Of a stretch of 64,000 bases of DNA, positions 1 through 11,600 are shown piece by piece; within the stretch, counting starts at the first letter, position 1; the number at the start of each line of letters is the position of its first letter. The notes under the pieces are model-generated. The model saw nothing but the letters and a program-made list of their open reading frames with translations, had not been told where the DNA came from and did not search any database. The DNA is from an uncultured Nitrososphaeraceae archaeon (lineage in GTDB: Archaea > Thermoproteota > Nitrososphaeria > Nitrososphaerales > Nitrososphaeraceae), in contig CAVXZB010000041.1 of the NCBI GenBank assembly GCA_963765895.1, positions 69,152 to 133,151 on the forward strand, given 5' to 3'. The position numbers were made by a program, and so were the translations under genes.

Positions 1-543
1 TGTAATTTGCATTTACTTTTTCTACAAGGAAAATAATCATCAAAACCTTCCGTCCTATCTTTGATATATTGTACTGTCCTTTCTATGACCCTTTTCTCAT
101 ATGGAGAATGGATGTGGTGGTGCAGTCCCAAGAATCTGCAAGCCTGTGGATACCGTGTATCACCATCAGTTGAAACAGGATGTTCCCCGTATCTTTTTAC
201 AAGATTTAATATAAAACGTTCTGCTACAAACATATTTCTTTCTTTTGATATTCTTATTTGAAGGATTTCTCAGTTATCATTTTCAATGGCTATCCATAAC
301 CGTATATATTCAGAACCAACCTTAATGATAGTTTCATCAATTATAAATGTGGTAATACGCATCTTTCTGGAACTTCATCTCTGGCTTGTATTTTTAAATC
401 CAGTCTCTGATGGCAGTATGACTTCTTTTTACAAACCTAGACACAGCTTTGGAAGTACTTCTCAGTGAAAGACCTAGGAAATAAAGATACAGAGAATATG
501 CTATATCCTCGTGTTCTGTTCTTTTTCTTAATTGACACAACAT
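1..543 (-). pseudogene. IS6-family DDE transposase, disrupted; runs off the window edge
   Basis: Manual translation: YLYFLGLSLRSTSKAV...SHTAIRDW / FIIDETIIKVGSEYIRLWIAIE / VSTDG / IERTVQYIKDRTEGFDDYFPC; frameshift and internal stop. Confidence 0.8.
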
Positions 544-872
544 AACATATATCTGAGTCATAAAACTATAGATTTTTCCTTAACTTTACAGAGCCATACG
601 AAACGATGTTGGATCTGTGTATAAGGTTTTTGAATAGTTTTGCATCCATGAAACTAGGATTTGAAGGATCCATCACACCATCTAATACGATTGATCAGAT
701 AATCATGCCTGACTAAAAAAATACGGTTGGAAAGACGAACCAACACCAATTTTTCTTTAATTAACAATCAAAATAGTATTATGGACGACTAACTAAATTT
801 TGGCACTATATGGTACAAGCATATCTTGTGACGCTTTTGAATTCTATCTGTTGCAATTACAATATTACTAAT

Positions 873-1877
873 TGTTGTACTTCCTAAAGTAGGTGACATT
901 ATAGCTTGCAGATATGGGTTACACTTCCGCTGTAAGGAAGTGTAACCCATATAGAAATCAATAGAAGGTTTAATCTAATACATGAAAAAGAATGACCGGC
1001 GATACCATATCTAATACTTGCAAGAGGTAAGGTACCTCCAGAAAGAGTTACTATAAGTGGAAGAACAGGTACAAGCAGAAGGGGATATTCGTATTATCAG
1101 ATCTCTCTAAAAGGCCTCATAATATCAAGTACAGGAAAGTAACATTTGAAATACAAGAGACAATACTTGATCTACGATTAACCAAAAGGTTTGAATGTAA
1201 TAGGATCAAGTTTCGATTAAAAAGGACTATGGATTGTCATTAAGTACCAAAACTATATACAAGATACTAAAGAGGCATGATCTTAACATCCTCAAGTGTC
1301 AATCTAGAACCAGAAAATACAAACGGTACAGATGGACATCCTTGGTCCATTTTATCTCAGCAATTCCAGTCAAAGGAATTACATCATTAGCTGCCTAGAC
1401 GATTGTTCCAGAAAAGTAGATAGCAAGTGGTCTGAAAGAAAGAGGCCAGATGATATTCTTAACGTACTAGGATGGGATAATGTCTAATGATAAATCCAGG
1501 AAGATAATGCACGATTCTGGAAATTTCTTTACATCCAGAATATTCAGACATTTCCCAGTACATAACGAAATAAAGGATAAGATAATACCAATTTCCTATC
1601 TACAGTTACTAGGGAAAATAAAGCCATATAACAAGATAGTGAAAAATGAGTTACTAGCAGTTAAGGACATACCAAATAGAGATGACGGTAAAATAAGATA
1701 TGATGATATGCGTGTAAAAGCGCATAATGAAACTAGAGAACATGGAGACATAAATGGAGTTACTCCATCAGAGGTGTTTTTGCAAAGTAATTATATGTAC
1801 AGTATGGACTATAACAAGCAGCAAAGTGTAGCCCATATTGGTAATCGAAGATGTAGCCTATCTGTGTAAGTACGACA
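873..1877 (+). mobile_element. IS481-family insertion sequence with decayed transposase
   Basis: TGT...ACA ends with imperfect IRs (TGTTGTACTT..ATATGGGTTACACTT vs reverse complement TGTCGTACTT..ATATGGGCTACACTT); 6-bp target duplication ACTAAT at 867-872 and 1878-1883; integrase-core fragment 1480-1869 (MHDSG..FTS, HNETREH..INGVTP). Confidence 0.85.
912..952. repeat. Perfect 17-bp inverted repeat inside the IS481 left end
   Basis: ATATGGGTTACACTTCC-gctgtaa-GGAAGTGTAACCCATAT. Confidence 0.9.
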
Positions 1878-1981
1878 ACTAATATACCAGACCCATCATA
1901 GTTTCATGTTTGGTGATGACAATGTTTGTTCTTATTTCAAAATATTGTCCTTAAATGAGGTTTATCAATATATTTTCATAA

Positions 1982-1999
1982 TTTTTCGGGGCCGAAAAA
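1982..1999. promoter_or_regulatory. Palindromic motif copy 1 (TTTTTCGGGGCCGAAAAA)
   Basis: One mismatch to TTTTTCGGCGCCGAAAAA; no credible gene overlaps it. Confidence 0.7.
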
Positions 2000-2232
2000 T
2001 TGAACCCATCATTGAACGCTACTCTTCGCATACTCATATTGGTTGTCAGCATAAGTGTATGAGAATTGTCAACATGATGCACTCAATTGCAGGATAGAAA
2101 ATGTTATTGGCGCTATCACTACTTAGCTACTCTCATAAGTAAAGTTTCTCATCTGAAGATATAAAACACTTTTTGCGTAATTCTTGTACGTAATAAGGAT
2201 TAAATTCTATTCTATCCTTATGACGGTATTTT

Positions 2233-2936
2233 ATGTCTCATAACAACAAACAGACAAGTGTTCCTAAATCTTTAAAGGATTTCAAATCCACCTCACCACA
2301 CTTTGGCAATCATATGTCATACTTCGAACTCAATCCAGCTATTCGTAATATAGGATTTTTCAATTTTTTTGAGAAACTGGCAACAACAAAAGAATTGAAA
2401 CACCTGATCAGTAGTGCAATCGGATTAGGAGAAAAATGAAGGAGCTATACAGTAAATGGCCTTCTGCATATGAGCTGATGCCTGATGACTTTTATCTAGA
2501 TAATAGGCTTATGATATATAGTAATGGTCAGCCCCTACATGGTACTAATGAAACATATCTGAAGAATGAATGGAGTTTGCCTAAAAGTATGCATCCTAAT
2601 TTCAGTAAAGCAATGGAATTTAAAAAAACTCTTGGAGAAAAACTACCTGAAAACGACGATGATATACTTGTGATTTATGCTAATACTGAGACTCTCGATA
2701 CAATAGGCCATTCATCTACTTGTATACTATAGATGGGAATATTTCATTTCAGCCCACCTTTTGATTTTAACCAGCATGGAGATACTCTTGTCGTTACAAA
2801 AGTGCAATGGGTTCTATGTCGGACTCGTTTGCTTATAAGAACTCCAAGTCCATATCAAATACACATACAGTGTTACCCAATGATAAAGCCACTATCGAAG
2901 AAATTAAGAAATTTCTTAATCCTTAATTCTTATTAA
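2233..2936 (+). pseudogene. C-terminal part of an LCAT/PGAP1-like alpha/beta hydrolase, fragmented
   Basis: Motifs in order across frames: TSPHFG, WPSAYELMP, GDTLV, HTVLPND..IEEIKKFL; GxSxG part is missing. Confidence 0.5.
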
Positions 2937-3281
2937 TACCTAGATGGTATCTTTCCTTCTCTTATCTATTAAATAATAACAAATTCAAGATCAATTACTA
3001 CGATTAGGGCTTCAATTGTTTTACATAGAGGCAAGTTATTCACGATCTTTGGTACTAGTTCAAATGCGGACCAAAGCAAACCATACAACTCTCTTAAACA
3101 GATCAAATGCGGCTGACTCAAATGAACCACGGATACTATCTATATTGGAGGATGATCTTTAGGAAATGTTAATTAAGTCTACACTTGAACCCCTTTATGT
3201 ACAGGAACTAACCCCTTTGGATCCAAATCAATCTTGTTCATTTAATTAGGCCCACCATCATAATACAATTAGAAAACTAGA

Positions 3282-3475
3282 GTGGCTGTTACAGAAGAAC
3301 AGGACCATTTATCTCAGTTTATGTATAGCCTCAAGGCCCCTGTGACAAAGAAGCAGTGGCCACGAAGACTTAAAGTGTTGTTTGACTTCTTAAAAATCGA
3401 TGGAACTTTAGATGATCAGGCAAGACATTTTTGTACTCCAAGCAAGGCAGGATCCCCGTTGGGCCCAGTCCAGGT
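3282..3475 (+). pseudogene. N-terminal relic of a tyrosine integrase
   Basis: FMYSLKAPVTKKQWPRRLKVLFDFL resembles the N-terminus of thaumarchaeal integrases, including 21715-23022; no catalytic domain follows. Confidence 0.55.
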
Positions 3476-3545
3476 CGGTTTATGTACCGATATGTGTGGT
3501 CAGATATTTATGACGCTCTATAAGTGTAATATTGTCAACGTAATA

Positions 3546-4580
3546 TTAGGAAGAAAATAAACCTCTCCATACGAACGGACCTCGCAACTTTTGTTTTGCA
3601 ATCGATTCCATTTGCATTGGTGCAAGTTCTGAATCATATATGTAACCTATTGAGTGATGATCAATGACACTTGCGGGAGTAGTCATTCCTTTCCATGGTT
3701 CCATTGGATCATTAATATTGTGTCCTTGTGGCCCACCTATGTTAGGTACATAGCCTTCAGTAGGATGTTGTTGTTGCCATTGAGCCCACAGACGATCGAT
3801 ATTACAGTGATGTAGAAAGAAAACTGGGTCATTAGGAGAAGTGCTCCAGAACATACTTCCTGCATCGTTAAACTCTTGTGGCGTGCCACCTGAAACCCAC
3901 AGGTGTACACGATTATGAATATTTCCATCTCCATACCATCCCTCTAATCTGTTACGAAAGCTTGGTTGGGGAACAACAGGATCAGCATCAGTATTAGTCA
4001 TCCATGGAGGACTATCATAAGGAACGACTTTGAGAGCATCCGTAACCTGTTCAGTAGTTGGTAATGTTGGAACCAACTTCGCAAGCCCTCTTCTTAAATA
4101 TGGCTGTGGATTGGGTTCGTCAACATCATTTATGTTAAGGTTCCATTTTCCAGTATCGTATGCGAAAGGTCCAGTCATCACCTTATTATTATCAGAGGTA
4201 CCGCTTCCTCCCATGAAGTCATTATCCCAAATAGATGAATCAATTTCATTATCAACAGTCCAGTCCCAATAAGGTAAAGTTACACGCTGATCAATTGATT
4301 GCAAGTCTTTCTCGAATCTGCGAATGAATTCTCGGTGCCATGGAAGAAAGGCTGGTCCCTGGTGAGCGGACATTGGGCTTGTCGATATCATCAACATTCT
4401 TGCGGAATGAATTACTACATAATCATCGTACTTGTTATTTGATGGAGGATAGAGTTGGCTTGGGCTTTGTTTTAATGCAAGTACCGCATTGGTGAACGCT
4501 TTCCTCTCGCCAGGAGATAATTTTGCCTGATCTCTTCTAATTATTAATCCATTTTTGCTATCGCCCATTTGCATTTGCAT
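3546..4580 (-). CDS. Tyrosinase (type-3 copper protein)
   Basis: CuA: H..AHQGPAFLPWHR; LPYWDW; CuB: HNRVH..SPNDPVFFLHHCNIDRLW. Confidence 0.93.
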   Translation of the reverse strand: MQMQMGDSKNGLIIRRDQAKLSPGERKAFTNAVLALKQSPSQLYPPSNNKYDDYVVIHSARMLMISTSPMSAHQGPAFLPWHREFIRRFEKDLQSIDQRVTLPYWDWTVDNEIDSSIWDNDFMGGSGTSDNNKVMTGPFAYDTGKWNLNINDVDEPNPQPYLRRGLAKLVPTLPTTEQVTDALKVVPYDSPPWMTNTDADPVVPQPSFRNRLEGWYGDGNIHNRVHLWVSGGTPQEFNDAGSMFWSTSPNDPVFFLHHCNIDRLWAQWQQQHPTEGYVPNIGGPQGHNINDPMEPWKGMTTPASVIDHHSIGYIYDSELAPMQMESIAKQKLRGPFVWRGLFSS

Positions 4581-4668
4581 ATTCTATACTTCTTCTATGA
4601 CAGGGTGTTAATAAAGAAGTTGTTTTTAGCTGTGTTTTTCTAATTCGATAATCTATCTTATCCACGAA

Positions 4669-4686
4669 TTTTTCGACGCCGAAAAG
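4669..4686. promoter_or_regulatory. Palindromic motif copy 2 (TTTTTCGACGCCGAAAAG)
   Basis: About 90 bp upstream of the tyrosinase start. Confidence 0.65.
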
Positions 4687-4994
4687 AGTATAGTCTGGGT
4701 ATAGTAACGTGGTACTATAATCTTTTATTGCATTTAAGCAACACAACATAATCATTTTTTGAAAGCATACAGTTTTCTCTTGTTTTAAGTACCTGTTATG
4801 ATCAGATTTATGACGTACTATAAGGCATCTTATTGACATATACCTTCATGATTGAGAATTGAAGGTGATCATAAGTGTATAATGAAAAAAATCTCTAGAT
4901 TAGTGCGTTATCAATCAATTAGCCTAACGATTGGACATTTATTAAATCAATATAGTACTTGATTTCAAATTATAACAAAATCGCGATCTCATAT

Positions 4995-5860
4995 CTACTT
5001 GATAACTGTAAATTGTTCTAGAATTTGTCCATTAGCTGACTTGGCATAGACATCTGCCCTTTTGCCTTGAATTACAAAAAGGTAATAACCATACCCTTTA
5101 TCGTATGCAAAAGCGGTCCATTTATTTTTAGATTCTTCAAAGCTATACAGCATTCTTCCACCAGCACCACTTATAATATATAGATCTGTCCACGATCCTG
5201 ACGAAAATCTAAACCTGAAGAGGTTATTATGGGTTCCTGATCCAAGCCGCTGTACTTGATAGGAAGTGTCCTCTGCATATTATGGGAGTGGCCTTGAATT
5301 ACAAAATCAATTTGACCACTATCAAATAACGGCTGGTATGCGTCTCTTGCCTTCCTTTCTGGTCTGTGTCCGCCTTTCAATGTATAAAGAGGTTTATGGA
5401 CCATCACCAGAATCCAATCTACTTTATGTTCATTGTCCCTCAATCTGACTGCTTCTTCTAATTTGGACTTGAACCAGATAAACTGGTCCAATTTTAAGTC
5501 CCAATCTGGATCCTGACTATTCATACATATAAAGTAAATATTGTCTATTTGTTTTGCTGTCATCCACTCTGTTATATCAAAATATTTTTCAAGTTGTTCC
5601 TTAACATTATCACTTTCGTTTTCTTTGTCATCATGGTTTCCTATGGAAAAGATTGTCTTTTCTTTCAACCCAAAGGATCTAAATATATCAATAAAACAAG
5701 TCGCATCAAGTTCATAGGATGAATCACCCAAGAATAGATTCGCATCAGGCTTTTCATTGACTATATTTTGAAATGTTTTCTTCGCATCATCGCTACAAGT
5801 CGTATCTCCTACCGCAGTAATTAAAACCTTTTTGTGCGTATTATCAGACTGGTTCATCAT
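4995..5860 (-). pseudogene. Calcineurin-like metallophosphoesterase (purple acid phosphatase-like), frameshifted near 5171
   Basis: GD, LGDSSY, IGNHD, VHKP, QGHSH motifs; C-terminus continues in another frame as SGAGGR..GYGY..EQFTVIK*. Confidence 0.8.
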
Positions 5861-5890
5861 CTATTAATTGACCGTTATTGCTGACCATCT

Positions 5891-6838
5891 GGCTGTGTAG
5901 AAACCATCTCATACAGTCAAAGCTTTGTAAGAGTATAATACCAATAGTCTATTGAAAGAATCAATGTACGTCAGACTTGCAGGTACTATGTTCCGTGTTT
6001 TGAAGCATGCAAGGATTCCTCTATTTTCTAACAGGAAAAGTAATCACATATTTACAATATGGCAGCACATAGTTCTAGTTGCTATACGACAGTATGAAGG
6101 TAAGAGTTATAGAATGTTTGTCGAGTGGTTAATTGAAGCCTATTACCTAAGGTCATTTCTACGGTTGTCACGTATTCCTCATTTTACAACATTGCAAAAG
6201 TTTACAGATAGAATCAATAATTCATTGCTTGAAAAGATAATTTCGTCATTCATTGTAATTAGTGGTACCAAGCATATCTTTGCAGGAATAGATTCAACAG
6301 GATTTAAGATAACTCATGCATCACAATATTATACTGATCGAACAGAATTGAGAAGAAAATATGCGAAATTATCTATTGGAGTAGATGTATTACAACAAAT
6401 CATATGTACAATTAAGATAAGACGAGCTCCAACAAGGCATGATAATGTAGATTTCAGGCCAATTATAACAAGGACATCAAATATTCTTCCATTATCTGTA
6501 GTTACAGCTGATAAGGGTTACGATAGTGAAGATAATCACCTTCTCGTAAGAGAGGACTTACATGCATTCAGTATTATTCCTGCTCGATATGAACATGTAC
6601 CGATGTGGAGAACACATGGTAAGTACAGAAAGCAGATGAAGCGTGGTTACTCCAAATTGCTGTACAATCAACGAAACAAAGATGAAACCATAATATCAGT
6701 TATAAAACGACTATTTGGAGAGAATCTTATGTCTAGATTGACTAGAATGCAGAACAGAGAGTTATCATTTAGATGTATCACCTACAATATGCATAGACTG
6801 ACTAATCTTGTAATATTGATGATGTTTTCTACATAGCC
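5891..6838 (+). mobile_element. IS5-family element, apparently intact
   Basis: TIRs GGCTGTGTAGAAACCATC / GGCTATGTAGAAAACATC; 8-bp target duplication GACCATCT (5883-5890, 6839-6846). Confidence 0.92.
5952..6836 (+). CDS. IS5-family DDE transposase
   Basis: PHFTTL, IDSTGF, ADKGYDSE, YNQRNKDET..SVIKR motifs. Confidence 0.92.
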   Translation: MKESMYVRLAGTMFRVLKHARIPLFSNRKSNHIFTIWQHIVLVAIRQYEGKSYRMFVEWLIEAYYLRSFLRLSRIPHFTTLQKFTDRINNSLLEKIISSFIVISGTKHIFAGIDSTGFKITHASQYYTDRTELRRKYAKLSIGVDVLQQIICTIKIRRAPTRHDNVDFRPIITRTSNILPLSVVTADKGYDSEDNHLLVREDLHAFSIIPARYEHVPMWRTHGKYRKQMKRGYSKLLYNQRNKDETIISVIKRLFGENLMSRLTRMQNRELSFRCITYNMHRLTNLVILMMFST

Positions 6839-7497
6839 GACCATCTACATGATTTAAATATTTTCAAAATCAGCAGATCTGCAATTGTCTATTAAACAAT
6901 GAGATTGAAATTATGAATGTGTATATGGAATGTGTGTATGGATAGTAAAGCAAAACACAGGATGTATTGATAAACAAGTTCATGATATCAAAAGTTATTG
7001 GCTAAAATACAAACTTGATGACTTTGGTGCTTATATTCATACAATGTTTGACGTCATATGAAACCTTTGAGATTTCAAGCTGAGACCATCGTTGGACTTT
7101 ATAATCCAACTCAACAAATGCTCAAATCTGAACCAGGTTCTAAACGGCATGCAACCAGCTAGACGCTTTGATTAGGTTATTTTCCAATAGTGCAAACTAA
7201 CTAAACCTCTCAAAGGAATAAGAATATTCCACACACTACAAGCTTAAAATTTCGGATTCATGTTTGCGGCCCCAGAACGTCACACGTAGAGTAAATATCG
7301 ATATTATCATTATTCAGTAGAATTGAACATTATTTGTACAATAATAAAAATTAGACGACTGCATCTATTCTCCAATACGATTCAAACTACTGTTTGGCCT
7401 ATCTTTATTGCTGCACCCATATTCATGTCTCACACACCGTGTTTGGACATGATCTGTTGCTGTAATTGAGCTATTTTGCTATCCATATCTTGAAAAT

Positions 7498-8107
7498 TCA
7501 AATTAACCAACCTTTTCGTGGTTCATCTAGCAACTTTTCTTCAATTGGTTTATTGTAATTTGGGTCGTTAGTTTGTTGTGGTTCTCTTCCTTCTTTAATT
7601 AGTTCGACTAAGATGGCAGCAGCCAGTCCTACATGCCTATCTATCTGAAACCACTTATCTTTGTTGTCATCTAGTTCCAACAGAACTACTGCCCGTATAA
7701 AAGCATGCCAAACGACATATCCTTCTACCTTGCTATCCATCATGTGGATCTTGTCACCAACTGGTCTTCTAGGTTGACCCTTATCATCTACGCCATTATC
7801 AAAGAGAAGGCCTTGAGCAAATAATTCAAAAGCCTTTTGTTGTAATTCTATGTTGCTGTCAAAATATTTCTGGATTATTCTCGTAATATTAGATGATAAT
7901 AGCCTGACTAATTCTTTGCATGGAATTTTTAAATTCAGTATCCACACTACCTTTTCGAGCACAAAAATAAAAAAGATCAAGCATCTTACCATATGGATCT
8001 ACTTTAAGCATAGCCTCCGTAATGTCATCGGGAGAGCTAAACAAAAAGAAATTATCGTATTCATACCAAAAATCCATTGCATTTTTCTCTTCAGAACTAT
8101 TCATCAT
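7498..8107 (-). pseudogene. Hypothetical protein split by a frameshift (7889-8107 + 7498-7992)
   Basis: Overlapping same-strand ORFs join into one protein; motifs FAQGLLFD, KIHMMD, WHAFIRA. Confidence 0.55.
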
Positions 8108-9234
8108 GTTACCCTATTGTGAATTTCTATTCTTAATAAGGATTTAGGCGATCAATGATACTGCGATCATATTAATAAAATACAATAATGAATACAAAAC
8201 TGAAAAAATATAGTAGTATGGATTAATTCTGAATGAATAAATAAATAAATATTAATGAGATAGATTGATATCTAAAGTCGAAACGTAATGCGAATAAATC
8301 ATTACAAAATATATTGACCGAAGGCTTTAGATTTCTCGGATTATTGAATCTTGCTTAATTTATTACATACGTATTCTTCAAATATTTCATGGAATTTTGA
8401 GGAGATAATAAACATGGAAATTATTAGAAAATCACTAGTTCAGTTCTATTTGATATTCTCCAATAATTCCATGACAGTATTGTACGGTTTGCGCCGTGTG
8501 TTATTATTGGGTGTACACGTTCATTTTCTAGCAAACGATTTCAATAGATGTATAGTGTTATACGATAATGACTGAAGGTAAATAATGTCATTAGTTCTTT
8601 TATAAACTGTGTTGTTGGACAAGACATGATCCAAAAGTCAAGCATATACGTGTATCATTTGTGACATCCATTATTGACAATTTTCTGCTATCATATTAAA
8701 ATCCATATCTGATCTTTTATTTGTTGAATATAAAGCCATGGTATAAAGGTCCGATTGTAGAGACATAATAAGTGACTTTGTGATTAGGAATCTAACAAAA
8801 TGAGTCATCAGAGGATCTAATTATACAAATATAAGATTTCTGTTCTAAGAATATAGACCAATTTCTATTTCTATTATCTGTTCTAAGGTAGCTACTTTAT
8901 TACATGGATTGCAAGCTAAATTTAGCTGTTATACATTCAACGGATTTACCTCGTATTAATGTCTGGAAAATGTCAGAAAAGTTGTGCCAGCTAAAATGTC
9001 ATATGCTATACGCTATTGCAATGTTCTCGTTTCATCGAAATGTCATCCAAGCTGAAAATTACTCGATCTAGGCAAAAGAATCAGACTAACGATACCACAT
9101 GAGTAACGTGTGCACGTAAAGTGGTACATTTATTAGACTAGTCTAGATTGATGTTTAGGATTCTTGCTAGATGTAGAGGAAGATTCCTTTGCTCATACGC
9201 TACGACCTTTGGCCACAGATTGATCACAATATCT

Positions 9235-10919
9235 TCATTTTTTTCTATTTTTCTTAGTATCTCCACTTTTTCGGCTCTCTTCCTCTTCCTCTTCCTCGTC
9301 TTTTTCGAATTTCGGCTCTCTGACTGGTTCTTCTAGCTTAAACAGCAAAGAAATTCTGCGTACACTATTCTGTAATCTTTTTATCTCTCCTCTGAGTTCA
9401 ATTATTTCAGGATCTGGTACCAGATCTTCTGTACAACATGAATCCTCGCATTCTGATTTGCAACATGTTTCAGATTCATGCCTGATTCTGGAATCACAAT
9501 CACATGGTCTTTTCGGTCTATGATGACAGAAACTTATGCAATGCGAACTGATACCATTGGTTATAACACAAAGATCATAATGTCCGTAGGGAATATTTGA
9601 GGTATTAAACCTAGCCGATTGTAAAGAAGCTCCTGTGGCAACGCCCATAGTACTAAAGTTATAAGTCCGTGCGAAATAGACCTTGTTGGTACTAGTATTC
9701 TGTAGTCTAACTATAGGATAATTTGTGGCAGGATAACAGTCATCGCCGTAGGTGTTTGCTTGGGATAAACCATTTAACTGCGTGCCCTTTAATATATAAT
9801 AATCAGTCATATAGGGGGTACCATGTCGTACTACAGCTGAGATCGTTGGTCTCCATCCCTCTTCTGGACCAAGGTCTGGAGTATAGCATTGAATATTATT
9901 TGTACCTCGGGCTAAAAAGTACCTGACCTGTAGGTAGCAACATCAGACGACTCCAGAACAATTGTTGCTTATTATTCAAAGGTGTCGATACTTGGGAAAT
10001 AGTATTACTGAGGGGATCATATTCGAAAAAGAAGATAGGCGTCCCCCACGTATTAGGCTTGTAAAATGACGCGGTAAAAAAGACTTTACCATTTGGCAGC
10101 AAGCATGCCGGACAATCATTACATACAATCGTTTGGTTTTCTATTTTTGGTATATTGGGTCCGGCAGTCCAAGTCCCTGTGCCAGTGGGGGTAGGAGGAG
10201 GGGTATAGACAGCTGTTTTGCCAAAACCTCTATCGTCAGCTGCGCCGAAGAATACAGCCTTACCATTATACATTAGCATGGCCGGTCCTATTTCATGCAT
10301 ATCCGGATCAATCAATGTAACTGGTATTATCCCTTCATTTTTCCAAGTATTAGACGAAATAATATACTTTTCACTTTGATAAGGATTAAAGCATTGTGGC
10401 GCTATAATGGTATTGTCAGGTAGCAGGATCCATGTTTCTTCATTCGATCTAATTGCTTTACTGGCTGCTGGTGACCATGAATTAGTCGAGGGATCATATA
10501 TATCGCATGCAGGAGATAGCAGAGCCCCGATCATAATCCTTCCATCTGGAAGTATACAGGATGCTCGCATCTCCCACCTCTGACCATCCAGGTGGAGTAG
10601 GAATTGAGGTCCATGTATCTAAAACATGGTCATAGATTTCACCTTTATTGGTATCAGGAATATCTCCACTTTGCTCTCCACCAATGATTATAACGCGCCC
10701 ATCTTTAAGAACTCCAGATGCATAGTATCGTCTCATGAAGCTCATATCGGCTAAGGTTGACCACGTTCCATTGATGTAGCTTCCGTTACTATCCGGTGTT
10801 AAAGCATGCCAATGAGGAGTGTCTTCTTCCTGTACCATTACTCTACCATCAGTTAGCAGTATCATTGTACTGGTGTAAAATGTAGGTTGATTGACTAATC
10901 CTTGCCAAGTGCCTGCCAT
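9235..10919 (-). pseudogene. Kelch/galactose-oxidase-like beta-propeller with Ig-like C-terminus and Cys-rich/charged tail; split over three frames
   Basis: Repeated blades LLTDGRV, LKDGRVIIIGG, LPDGRI, LLPNGKV, LLPTGQVL; YDP..W motifs. Confidence 0.8.
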
Positions 10920-11374
10920 TGTTTTTTACTATTTTACTACATATAGATAAACATAATCCAGTTTGATAAAAAATAACGGAGTTCTTTCTTTCACAGTGGT
11001 AAGCCTGAGACTGTTATACACTATTTTAAATTGTAATATGTATTTATTTGTGAGGGGCACTATGAATTCGGTACCTCGACTTCAAATTAAACTGAGTTTA
11101 TGTACCATTGCGCAATATAAGATCATATCCCAAACAAGTTTGGAAAATACCCCAAAAACTTCTACTAACTCATTCTAGCCGACAATTATTAGAACTATAC
11201 CAGTACAGCTTCGAAAGTATCGAGTATAATCAATGGGTCATGAATCACATAATGAAAAACTGCAGAGTAGGGTATTAGAAATACAATCACAGCAGAATAC
11301 AATTTATCATACCATCTATAGTTATTAATGAATAACTTTGTAAAAGATATACTTCCAAAGAGATTTTAACTGAG

Positions 11375-11392
11375 TTTTTCGGCGCCGAAAAA
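11375..11392. promoter_or_regulatory. Palindromic motif copy 3 (perfect TTTTTCGGCGCCGAAAAA)
   Basis: In the divergent intergenic region between the Kelch gene and 11601. Confidence 0.8.
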
Positions 11393-11600
11393 TTGAATTA
11401 GTACTATAGCTATCATACTACGCATTATTGCACCGAAGTAACGTGATATGTTTATTATGACTGGATATGTTAAATTACGGATTATAGTATTCCATTATGG
11501 AACATTATCTCACTATGTTTTGCATTGTAGTTTTAAGACGTGGTTCAACTCAATCACAGAATTTCTTAAATAGCATATAGTTAAAAGACGATTATGTCAA

